Source of the DNA: Candidatus Tremblayella phenacoccinincola
GTDB lineage: Bacteria > Pseudomonadota > Gammaproteobacteria > Burkholderiales > Burkholderiaceae
Direction of reading: 5' to 3'
Assembly (NCBI RefSeq): GCF_009805595.3
Contig: NZ_VMQO03000005.1
Span: 1-10,769 of the forward strand
Length of the DNA: 10,769 bases
Position 1 is the first letter of the stretch; every line of letters starts with the position of its first letter. Shown in pieces: positions 1 through 8,002 of the stretch. Under the pieces are notes generated by a model. It did no database searches. It was given only the letters and a program-made list of their open reading frames with translations, and was not told where the DNA came from. Made by a program: the position numbers and the translations under genes.

Positions 1-33
1 GTCCACCCTCCTCCCCCCTTTTCCCCCTCTCAA
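1..33. repeat. C-tract block on + strand (G-tracts on - strand: GAGGGGGAAAAGGGGGGAGGAGGGTGGAC), immediately downstream of rnpB
   Basis: Direct reading: C6 at 13-18, C5 at 23-27, plus CCC/CC runs. There are about 24 C and 1 G in the first 40 nt. It is truncated by the window edge. Function unknown. Confidence 0.6.
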
Positions 34-87
34 CACTTCCTATAGATACAGAGTTATATTGTAAATACTATAAAGCCCTTAACCTAA

Positions 88-426
88 AAGATCTTAATAT
101 AAGCTGGGTTCTGTATAGAAAGACCATCCATATATCTAGACTAATATTCTCATATCAGCTCAAGCAGCTTACCCAAATCAATACGTTCAATATCTTAGAT
201 CTTTTATATAGCTTTGTTTCAGATGGAGCATACATATGTTATTGTTACCAACATAATAGAATGTTCTTACCATATCTTTCACCCTTACCTAAAGGCGGTA
301 TAGTTTCTGTTGCTGCTTTCGTAGACACCCTCCCAGACTTAGCTGGCATCTTGCTCTATGAAACCCGGACTTTCCTCTACTTTAAAATATATATCCAATA
401 AAAGCAGCGGTTGTATATTAATATTT
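88..426 (-). ncRNA. rnpB: RNase P RNA (bacterial type A, M1 RNA)
   Basis: The minus strand carries the conserved M1 RNA blocks in E. coli order and spacing. These are GAGGAAAGTCCGGG (377-364) followed by TTTCATAGAGCAAGATGCCAGCTAAG, then ACCGCCTTTAGGTAAGGGTGAAAGATATGGTAAGA, then GGGTAAGCTGCTTGAGCTG, and ACAGAACCCAGCTTAT (114-99). A P1 helix TTAATATA (421-414) with TATATTAA (101-94) fixes the ends to within about 5-10 nt. The E. coli comparison is from memory. Confidence 0.88.
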
Positions 427-493
427 AAACAACATCCCCATCCCATCTATTATGTCTATGTTAACTCTCACTCCTATACAAACCCATTAGTAG

Positions 494-520
494 CTTCCCC
501 TTTCCCCTTCCCCTTCCTCC
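494..520. repeat. Imperfect tandem CCCCTT-type tract (minus strand: GGAGGAAGGGGAAGGGGAAAGGGGAAGC) in the aspS-rnpB spacer
   Basis: Direct reading: CCCC at 497-500, 504-507 and 510-513, then CC at 516-517 and 519-520. A companion CCCCATCCCA lies at 436-445. By hand count the 427-596 spacer is about 40% G+C with about 4-fold more C than G on the + strand. Confidence 0.6.
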
Positions 521-596
521 AAAAGCTGAGGCTACTTAGGTTCTACTCCAACTTCAACTGCTTTTCCTGTTTGTCCTAACTATAGCATTACTTTAA

Positions 597-2297
597 CTAT
601 CTTTCTATTTCACTAGGTGCGTTTAACATCAAGTCAACAGCAGAATTACTCTTTGGAAAAGCTATTACATCTTTAATGCTTTCTGAACCAGCTATTAACA
701 TTAACAACCTATCTAAACCAAAAGCAAAGCCAGCGTGGGGAGGAGTTCCATATTTTAAAGCATTAAGCAAACAACCATAGGCTTTTTCTTGTTCTTTCTT
801 ACTAATATTTAATATATTAAAAACAGCCTTTTGGCTATTAAAGTTATTGATTCGAACAGAGCCACTTCCTATTTCATAGCCATTCATTACCATATCATAT
901 GAATTTGCAGTTATATTTATTGGATCAGCTTTAAGTAGTTCTAAATCTATATCTTTTTTTGGAGCAGTAAATGGATGATGTGTAGCTATGAGTTCATTAT
1001 TATCAGTTTTCCTAAATAAAGGAAAGTCAGTAACCCAAACAGGAAACCATCTTTTTATATATATGTGTAAGTCTTTTGCTATCTTTTCTTTTAAAATAGT
1101 TAAGAAGTTATGATCACATTTATTACTTAGCTTTATAATAAATATAAAGTCATCTATATTAGCCCTTGTATATTTTATAGCATTTATCAAAAGGTTCTTG
1201 TTATAAAACCCAAACCCCAAACTATCTTCTATATTAGGTTCATTAAAATGTTGCTTAGTTAGTTTTAACCATATAAGCTTTTGGTTATTAATATTTTCAA
1301 CATACTCTTTATATTCATTAAGCTTATCTACTGTTAAACAGATATTATTAGGAACATGTAATACTTTTCCTATATAGCAGTCATTTGTATGTTCATTACT
1401 AATAAGATCTTTAATATCAATATATTCTAAAGGATTACTTAGATCTGGCTTATCAGACCCAAACTTATATAGTGCTTCTTTATATGTCATTCTATAAAAT
1501 CGATCTAGCTTAATGCCTTTAAACTCTAACCATAAGCTTTTAATTAACTCTTCTAAAATATTATGTAGCTTATAGTCCTCCATATAAGCTGTTTCAATAT
1601 CTAACTGAGTAAACTCTGGCTGTCTGTCAGATCTTAAGTCTTCATCACGGAAGCACTTTACTATTTGATAATAACGATCATACCCTGAAACCATTAGCAA
1701 CTGTTTGTATACTTGAGGTGACTGAGGCAAAGCATAATATTTAGACTTATGGATTCTACTTGGTATTAGATATTCTCTAGAACCCTCAGTAGAATAGCTA
1801 CTTAAATATGGAGTTTCAATATCTAAGAAGCCTTTTTGATTCATATATTTTCTAATATAATTGATAACATAAGTACGCATAGTTAAGTTAGCTGTCATGT
1901 TTTTACTACGTAAGTCAATATATCTATGAATTAGTCTTTGTTCTTCATTATTATTCTTATATGATTCAATAGGTAATATATCAGATTCATTTAATATAAT
2001 AAAACCTATAGCTAATACTTCTATTTCCCCAGTAGCTATATTATTATTTATTTGAGATATTGGTCTAGCTCGCACCAAACCATCTAACTGAATGCAAAAC
2101 TCATTGTGTAGTTTTAATGCGTTAAGAAAGCAATCATTATTTTCAAACTCAATAAATACTTGAACTAAGCCTTTTATATCTCGCATTTCTATAAAAACTA
2201 GTTTACCAAGGTTCCTTATTTTATTTACCCATCCACAAATAGTAATCTTTTTTCCTATATGCAATGAACTTAGCTCTCCGCAATAGATAGTCCGCAT
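597..2297 (-). CDS. aspS: Aspartate--tRNA ligase (class II AspRS)
   Basis: The 566-aa ORF is collinear with E. coli AspRS. The N-terminus MRTIYCGELSSLHIGKKITICGWVNKIRNLGKLVFIEMRD matches [40 protein letters not shown]. Class II motifs are present (FRDEDLRSDRQPEFTQLD, GSGSVRI, GLDRLLML). An AAGGA lies about 10 nt upstream of the ATG. Stop codon is TAG. Confidence 0.97.
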   Translation of the reverse strand: MRTIYCGELSSLHIGKKITICGWVNKIRNLGKLVFIEMRDIKGLVQVFIEFENNDCFLNALKLHNEFCIQLDGLVRARPISQINNNIATGEIEVLAIGFIILNESDILPIESYKNNNEEQRLIHRYIDLRSKNMTANLTMRTYVINYIRKYMNQKGFLDIETPYLSSYSTEGSREYLIPSRIHKSKYYALPQSPQVYKQLLMVSGYDRYYQIVKCFRDEDLRSDRQPEFTQLDIETAYMEDYKLHNILEELIKSLWLEFKGIKLDRFYRMTYKEALYKFGSDKPDLSNPLEYIDIKDLISNEHTNDCYIGKVLHVPNNICLTVDKLNEYKEYVENINNQKLIWLKLTKQHFNEPNIEDSLGFGFYNKNLLINAIKYTRANIDDFIFIIKLSNKCDHNFLTILKEKIAKDLHIYIKRWFPVWVTDFPLFRKTDNNELIATHHPFTAPKKDIDLELLKADPINITANSYDMVMNGYEIGSGSVRINNFNSQKAVFNILNISKKEQEKAYGCLLNALKYGTPPHAGFAFGLDRLLMLIAGSESIKDVIAFPKSNSAVDLMLNAPSEIER

Positions 2298-2472
2298 TAT
2301 CTTTTTCCTTAAGGGTTTTGAAGTTAAATATAACTAGAAAGATATTATATGCTGTTTGGTTGCTTGTATTTTATTTCAGAAGCAGTCCAGTCCAAAGCTT
2401 TGAAACCAACCGTAATACATCCTATACACTTTTCAATAAAAGCCCATCACTAACTCATGTATAATAAATAGA

Positions 2473-2557
2473 TGGAAGGGTAGAGATTCGAACTCTAGAA
2501 TGCTTTCACATTGCTAGCTTTCAAGGCTAGTGCCTTAAACCACTCGGCCACCCCTCC
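2473..2557 (-). tRNA. serT: tRNA-Ser (anticodon UGA), long variable arm
   Basis: Minus strand: GGAGGGG TG GCC GAGTGGTTTAA GGC A CTAGC CTTGAAA GCTAG, then variable arm CAATGTGAAAGCATT C, then TAGAG TTCGAAT CTCTA CCCTTCC A. The cloverleaf folds with a 7-bp acceptor stem (one G-U). It resembles E. coli serT. No CCA is encoded. Confidence 0.9.
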
Positions 2558-2828
2558 GTAGGTTTTAATAAGATAACAGCCATATTAACTCTTCAAGCAT
2601 AAGCTATTACTACATATTAAGTAACACATTCACAGAATAGTGGAGAGTTTCATTAGCTTTTATAACAGAACGCTTCCCAGAAACAAATAACTATAGCCGC
2701 CGAACCTCGTCCTAGTTATTAAGAACTTTAGACTAATATGCTTAGCTTTATCGAGTTGTATTCGTATTAAAACCCTAAATGCCTACACTACAAACGCTTC
2801 CCCCCAATCTAACTAACAAACCATAAAC

Positions 2829-3578
2829 CTAATTATCCAGCCGCTGGCGTAGTATCTCAAATAAAGCTATTCCAGTGGCAACTGAAACATTAAGAGAACC
2901 TACTGAACCAATCATTGGAATACTAGCAACAATATCACAGGCTTTATATATGGGTTTACGAATGCCTTTATATTCACTTCCCATAATAACAGCAATAGAA
3001 CCTAAAGCTAGGTTTAGACTATACAAACTATTCTTAGATTTATCTGAAGTTCCAACTATAAATACTCTCTCTTTCTTTAATACATATAATACCTTAGATA
3101 AGTTACTAACATAAAATATAGGGAACTTACTAACAGAAAAAGTAGCAGCTTTTTTAGCTACTTCATTAAAATGCCCTGACTTGTGTCGAGTTATTATGAC
3201 TCCATGAACACCAGCTGCATTAGCACATCTCAAACAAGAACCTAAATTACGAGAATCAACAATACCATCAAGTATTAACAATAATAACTTATTTCTATAT
3301 GTGGTTAATAACTCAGCAAAGCTATCTTTATTATATTTTCTATTAGTTCTAATATATGCAACAACTCCTTGATGGACGACATTAGCTTTTATATGCTTAT
3401 AAAACCAGTTTTTATTAACTATTTTAAAGCATATCTTATATCTTTTTAGCTTTAATAAGATATGCATATGATTAGGCTTTTTACTATTTAAAATATAAGC
3501 ACATACAACCATTTCAGGAGAGCATTCTAATATATTCATTATCACATGAATACCATATACTATTTCTGTCATATTCAT
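2829..3578 (-). CDS. rlmB: 23S rRNA (guanosine-2'-O)-methyltransferase RlmB (SpoU/TrmH family)
   Basis: The 249-aa ORF is collinear with E. coli RlmB (243 aa). Matching segments are IVYGIHVI (E. coli MIYGIHAV), [31 protein letters not shown] (E. coli [31 protein letters not shown]) and [23 protein letters not shown] (E. coli [23 protein letters not shown]). Stop codon is TAG. Confidence 0.9.
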   Translation of the reverse strand: [249 protein letters not shown]

Positions 3579-3685
3579 ATTTTGTTATTAAAAAGCTTTA
3601 TAGTATCTATTATATAAAGAATAAGCTGTCATAATTATAGGATATATATATCTAGTTTAATAATAAACCCTTTTTAACTTAGAAA

Positions 3686-5314
3686 ATGAATACAACAATA
3701 ATATCAGCTTCTCAAACTGGAAACTCTCGAGAACTAGCTTTATTATTATATAATGATCTTATTAGAGAAGGTATAAAAGCCATAAACTATAACGCTTCTG
3801 ACTATAGCTTTAGTAACATAGACCAAGAAAGAATATTAGTGATCATAACATCAACATACGGGGAAGGAGAACCACCAGAAGAAGCAGTTGATCTATATAA
3901 TTATCTATTTTCAATAAAAGCTCCATTATTAAGGAATACAAACTATGCAGTCTTTAGTTTAGGTGACAGCTCATATGAATATTTCTCTAAAGTAGGAAAA
4001 GACTTCGACCATAGGCTAGCTGAACTAGGGGGGAAAAGGATATATAAAAGAATAGATGCTGATGTTAACTATAAAGAAGTGTTTGAGTTATGGAAGAAAA
4101 AGCTAATTAAGCTAATAAAAGAACTAATAAAAGAAAAACATAATAATACAAAAGCTAATACAACTAGTAATAATATAAAGCTAAAGCTAAATAATAACTA
4201 TGATATCTATAATAGAAGAGTCCTGTTTTTAGCTAACTTATCAGCCATATCTAGAGTTTCTAGTAGCCTTTCAATAAAAAATCTATTCCATATAGAGCTT
4301 AATATTGACAAAACCATAAGCTTTTCCCCAGGTGATTCATTAAGCGTATTAAATAATAATGAAAAAGCTATTGTTAAAGAGATAGCTAAATACCTAAGAA
4401 CTAATAAAGCTGAATATGTTTATTTTAATAGGAAAAAAGAATTAGTTAACAGCTTAACTAAAAGCTACTTCGAACTTACTCAAACTAACTTAATAACAAT
4501 AGAAAAAGCTGTTATTGGTTCAAAATGCGATCTTCTACAAAAGCTATTAAAAAGTAATAATATTATAAAAAAGACTATTAGGTATTTCTCAACTATTGAT
4601 TTCTTAAGATATATAAAACTATCTCTAAAAGCTAATAACTTAGTAACTATATTGAATAAGCTAAAGCCAAGGCTATATTCAATAGCATCATCACAGTTAG
4701 AAACCAAAAAAGAAATACATTTGACAGTAAGTTTAATTAAATACAAAATAGATAACTATACAAGAAAGGGAAATAGTAGTAATTATTTAATAAACTATAC
4801 AACAACTAAACCCAATCTTAAAGTAGCAGTTCAAAATAATAATAGCTTTTCTATTCCTAAAACCAAAGACATGCCAATAATTATGGTTGGTTCAGGAACT
4901 GGCATTGCTCCATTTAGATCTTTTATACAGCATAATAAGATAGTAAATAGCTTTAAAAAAAGCTGGTTATTTTTTGGAAACCCAAACTTTAACAATGACT
5001 TTATATACCAGACAGAATGGAAAAGCTATTTAAAAGCTAACATATTAAATAAGATAAGTTTAGTATGGTCTAGGGATCAAGCTATAAAGGTTTATATGCA
5101 AGATAATATAAGGAAAAAAGAACATATTATTTGGGTTTGGATAAAAGAAAATGCAGCTATATATCTATGTGGTAATGCTAGTTATATGGCTTTTGAATTA
5201 GAAAAAGCTATAGTTAATATTATATGTGAAAACAAAAACATATCATATAAAAAAGCAATAATGATATTAACTACTATGAAAAATAAACAACAATACCAAA
5301 AGGATGTCTATTAG
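3686..5314 (+). CDS. cysJ: Sulfite reductase [NADPH] flavoprotein alpha component, lacking the N-terminal about 60 aa of the E. coli protein
   Basis: The 542-aa ORF begins at the flavodoxin-like domain: TIISASQTGNSRELA matches E. coli ITIISASQTGNARRVA near residue 62. Other matches are TSTYGEGEPPEEA (FMN site), FSLGDSSYEYF, RLYSIASS (FAD site), GSGTGIAPFR (NADPH site) and C-terminal YQKDVY. An in-frame TAG at 3680-3682 excludes a longer N-terminus. Stop codon is TAG. Confidence 0.95.
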   Translation: MNTTIISASQTGNSRELALLLYNDLIREGIKAINYNASDYSFSNIDQERILVIITSTYGEGEPPEEAVDLYNYLFSIKAPLLRNTNYAVFSLGDSSYEYFSKVGKDFDHRLAELGGKRIYKRIDADVNYKEVFELWKKKLIKLIKELIKEKHNNTKANTTSNNIKLKLNNNYDIYNRRVLFLANLSAISRVSSSLSIKNLFHIELNIDKTISFSPGDSLSVLNNNEKAIVKEIAKYLRTNKAEYVYFNRKKELVNSLTKSYFELTQTNLITIEKAVIGSKCDLLQKLLKSNNIIKKTIRYFSTIDFLRYIKLSLKANNLVTILNKLKPRLYSIASSQLETKKEIHLTVSLIKYKIDNYTRKGNSSNYLINYTTTKPNLKVAVQNNNSFSIPKTKDMPIIMVGSGTGIAPFRSFIQHNKIVNSFKKSWLFFGNPNFNNDFIYQTEWKSYLKANILNKISLVWSRDQAIKVYMQDNIRKKEHIIWVWIKENAAIYLCGNASYMAFELEKAIVNIICENKNISYKKAIMILTTMKNKQQYQKDVY

Positions 5315-7007
5315 TAATAGCTCTAACTTATCTAATAATGAAATACTGAAAAAGGAAAGCAGCTTACTACGTGGTTCTATATCAAAAGACATAAAAGTTA
5401 ATATAACAGGAGGTTTTAACTATAACAACTCTCAGCTAATTAGATTTCACGGTATGTATCAACAAGATGACAGAGACTTAAGAAAAGAACGTTTAAAACA
5501 AAAGCTAGAACCTTTAGTAAATATAATGTTAAGATGCAGACTACCAGGAGGCATAATAACAACAAAGCAATGGGTTAATATAAATAGGCTTGCTACTGAA
5601 AATACATTGTATAATAACATAAGGTTAACAACTAGACAAACATTTCAACTTCATGGTATTTTAAAAGCTAACCTAAAAAATGTACATAAGGTACTAAACA
5701 AAATAGAGTTAGATTCTATTGCTACTGCTGGAGATGTAAATAGAAACATTTTATGCTCTTTTAATCCTAAAAACCCTATTAGCTATTTTAACTGTTGGTT
5801 CTGGTCAAAAAAGATATCAGTTCATTTACTTCCTAAAAGCAAGTCATATGCAGAGCTATGGTTAAAAGATAAAAAAACAGATCTAATAAAAGCTGAACCT
5901 ATATTAGGTAACAGCTACTTACCTAGAAAGTTTAAGATAGCAATAACCATTCCACCAGTAAATGACGTAGACATTTATTCAAATGATATTGGCCTTATTG
6001 CAGTTAATAAGTTAAATAACCTAATAGGTTTTAATATAGTAATAGGAGGTGGTTTATCTATTGTTCATAATGATAAAAAAACTTATCCAAAGAAAGCTAA
6101 CGAAATAGGATATATTTTCTTAAACGAAGTAATAAAGATATCAGAAGCAATAATAACTATTCAGCGCGACTTTGGTAATAGAAATAATAGGAAAGCTGCA
6201 AGAACAAAATATACCTTAGATAAAGTTAGTATTAGCTTATTTAGAAAAGAAATAGAAAAAAGAACTAACTTAAAGCTAAAGCCTATTTATCCTTATATTT
6301 TTAACAAACGCAATGATAACTTTGGCTGGCTAAAAGGAACTGATAAAAGATGGTATTTAACTCTATTCGTTCAAAATGGTCGGATTACTGATTGCCAAGA
6401 TAAACTTCTAAAAACTGGTTTAGAAAAGATAGCTAAAATACATAATAAAAGCTTTTGCATAACACCAAATCAAAACATAATTATTACTGATGTTAGCCCT
6501 AAAGCTAAACCTAAAATAGAAAGCATCATTAAAACCTATAACCTAATTAATAGAAAAGAGTCTATTCATAAAAGAAAAGCAATGGCTTGTGTTTCATTTC
6601 CTACCTGTCCTTTAGCTATGGCAGAAGCTGAAAGGTTCTTAATGCCATTCCTTAACAAGCTAGAAAAGCTTATGGTTCATAATAATATACATAAGGAATC
6701 AATAGTATTAAGAATAGCTGGTTGTCCTAATGGTTGTAGTAGAGCTATGCTATCTGAAATATGTTTAGTTGGTAAATCCATTGGAAAATATAATGTTTAT
6801 CTAGGAGGGAACTACGAAGGAACTCGTATTCCAAAGTTATATAAAGAAAATGCTAATGTAAAAGAGATCTTAAAAACTATAAACAAAACCTCTAAAGGCT
6901 GGATAAAATATAAAAGACCTAATGAACCATATGGAAGTTTTATTATAAGAACAAACCTAATAAAACCTGTTATAAACTCAGCTAATGACTTTTATAGCTT
7001 ATTATAG
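5304..7007 (+). CDS. cysI: Sulfite reductase [NADPH] hemoprotein beta component (siroheme/[4Fe-4S])
   Basis: The 567-aa ORF is collinear with E. coli CysI (570 aa). Matches include IRFHGMYQQDDRDLR, LRCRLPGGIITTKQW, YLPRKFKIA, ACVSFPTCPLAMAEAERF and GCPNGCSRA, so all four cluster/siroheme Cys ligands are retained. It overlaps the cysJ 3' end by 11 nt. Stop codon is TAG. Confidence 0.97.
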   Translation: MSISNSSNLSNNEILKKESSLLRGSISKDIKVNITGGFNYNNSQLIRFHGMYQQDDRDLRKERLKQKLEPLVNIMLRCRLPGGIITTKQWVNINRLATENTLYNNIRLTTRQTFQLHGILKANLKNVHKVLNKIELDSIATAGDVNRNILCSFNPKNPISYFNCWFWSKKISVHLLPKSKSYAELWLKDKKTDLIKAEPILGNSYLPRKFKIAITIPPVNDVDIYSNDIGLIAVNKLNNLIGFNIVIGGGLSIVHNDKKTYPKKANEIGYIFLNEVIKISEAIITIQRDFGNRNNRKAARTKYTLDKVSISLFRKEIEKRTNLKLKPIYPYIFNKRNDNFGWLKGTDKRWYLTLFVQNGRITDCQDKLLKTGLEKIAKIHNKSFCITPNQNIIITDVSPKAKPKIESIIKTYNLINRKESIHKRKAMACVSFPTCPLAMAEAERFLMPFLNKLEKLMVHNNIHKESIVLRIAGCPNGCSRAMLSEICLVGKSIGKYNVYLGGNYEGTRIPKLYKENANVKEILKTINKTSKGWIKYKRPNEPYGSFIIRTNLIKPVINSANDFYSLL

Positions 7008-7024
7008 TTTATTATATAAAACCT

Positions 7025-7753
7025 ATGGTAGAAATAAAACATAGCTTTTATCTTTATCTTAAAAAAGACCTAACTAAAAGAATAATATTATCTTTAAATA
7101 AACAACTAAAAGCCTTAACAGTTCTAAAAAGAATAAGATGGTCATTTGAAACCTTACCTCAAAATACCATTCTTTCTTCTAGCTTTGGCATACATTCAGC
7201 TGCTATACTAAAACTAATAACTTACCAAATACCAGGTGTTTATATAATAGTAATAGATACTGGTTATTTATTTAAAGAAACCTATAGGTTTATCGAAAGG
7301 CTAACCCTTAAATTAAAACTAAATACAAATATAAACCGTTCTAATATTTCTAGTAGATGGCAAGAAATAAGATACGGAAAGCTATGGAATAAAGGGAAAG
7401 AGGGCATTGTTCTGTATAATAAAATAAATAAAGTTAAACCAATGAATTATATATTAAAAAAGCATAACATAAACACATGGTTTGCTGGCTTACGAAATGA
7501 ACAATCTAAAAGTAGAACTAACCTATTAGCTTTAAATATTAACAACAACCTATTTAAGATGCTACCAATTATTGACTTAAACGGACGTGATGTATTCTTT
7601 TTACTAAGGAGAAATATGTTAAACTTTAACCCATTATGGAATATAGGCTATGTTTCATTAGGAGATGCTCATACTACCTGCATATATAAAGCTGGTATGA
7701 AAGAAGAGGACACAAGGTTTTATGGCATAAAAAGAGAATGTGGGTTACATTAA
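7025..7753 (+). CDS. cysH: Phosphoadenosine phosphosulfate (PAPS) reductase
   Basis: The 242-aa ORF is collinear with E. coli CysH (244 aa). Matches include LSSSFGIHSAA, DTGYLFKETYRFIE, RYGKLW, WFAGLRNEQS and the C-terminal catalytic motif KRECGLH. Stop codon is TAA. Confidence 0.95.
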   Translation: MVEIKHSFYLYLKKDLTKRIILSLNKQLKALTVLKRIRWSFETLPQNTILSSSFGIHSAAILKLITYQIPGVYIIVIDTGYLFKETYRFIERLTLKLKLNTNINRSNISSRWQEIRYGKLWNKGKEGIVLYNKINKVKPMNYILKKHNINTWFAGLRNEQSKSRTNLLALNINNNLFKMLPIIDLNGRDVFFLLRRNMLNFNPLWNIGYVSLGDAHTTCIYKAGMKEEDTRFYGIKRECGLH

Positions 7754-7821
7754 CTATAAGGTATTTTAAATACAATACCCCAAAAGCTACTAGAAGTACG
7801 TTCCTATAGTAATCATAATAA

Positions 7822-7895
7822 GGTGGTTGTAGTTCAGCTGGTAGAATCCTGGTTTGTGGTTCCAGTGGTCGTGGGTTCAAAACCCACCAATCACC
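7822..7895 (+). tRNA. hisR: tRNA-His (anticodon GUG) with encoded G-1
   Basis: G GTGGTTG TA GTTC AGCTGGTA GAAT C CTGGT TTGTGGT TCCAG TGGTC GTGGG TTCAAAA CCCAC CAATCAC C. This aligns block for block with E. coli tRNA-His, including the extra 5' G opposite C73. The following bases are TCCA, so there is no clean encoded CCA. Confidence 0.9.
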
Positions 7896-7908
7896 TCCAA
7901 GACTATAA

Positions 7909-7990
7909 GCGAAGGTGGCGAAATAGGTAAACGCGCTAGACTCAGAAGCTAGTATCTTAATCTATAAGGGTTCGAGTCCCTTTCTTCGCA
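7909..7990 (+). tRNA. leuT: tRNA-Leu (anticodon CAG), class II long variable arm
   Basis: GCGAAGG TG GCG AAATAGGTAAA CGC G CTAGA CTCAGAA GCTAG, then a variable arm, then AAGGG TTCGAGT CCCTT TCTTCGC A. The 5' half is nearly identical to E. coli leuT (GCGAAGGTGGCGGAATTGGTAGACGCGCTAG). No CCA is encoded. Confidence 0.9.
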
Positions 7991-8002
7991 TATACATCTA
8001 GT

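Noticed and set aside
494-520. Canonical G-quadruplex call for the minus-strand GGGGAAGGGGAAAGGGG tract
   Set aside because: Only three runs of four Gs are present. A fourth run would have to come from GG doublets or the distant 433-447 tract, so G4 formation is only a possibility mentioned in the findings, not a feature.
358-579. 73-aa ORF on the + strand (MKPGLSSTLKYISNK...PFPFPFLQKL...)
   Set aside because: Its 5' part is antisense to the conserved core of rnpB, and the rest is a translation of the C-tract spacer (low-complexity P/F repeats). It has no SD and no recognisable family.
2344-2349. Perfect TATAAT (minus strand) 47 nt upstream of the aspS ATG as a promoter -10. Similar -10-like hexamers lie upstream of tRNA-His (TATAGT about 7805-7810), tRNA-Ser and rnpB (CATAAT).
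   Set aside because: No acceptable -35 sits at 16-18 nt spacing, and TATAAT-like words arise by chance at this AT content. This is not enough support to call promoters.
2875-3114. 79-aa ORF on the + strand
   Set aside because: It lies entirely antisense within the well-supported rlmB gene and has no recognisable homology.
4177-4195. Micro-tandem AAAGCTAAAGCTA, with similar AAGCTAAAGCC at about 4660 and about 6271
   Set aside because: These encode Lys-Leu-Lys runs and are explained by the general AGCT bias. They are not independent repeat elements.
4480-4746. 88-aa ORF on the - strand
   Set aside because: It lies antisense inside cysJ and is an AT-rich chance ORF.
7754-7821. Expected tRNA-Arg (argX) upstream of hisR, as in E. 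coli
   Set aside because: No cloverleaf or T-loop GTTCRA motif can be built in this 68-nt stretch.
7674-7880. 68-aa ORF on the - strand
   Set aside because: It overlaps the cysH 3' end and runs antisense through tRNA-His, so it is an artefact.
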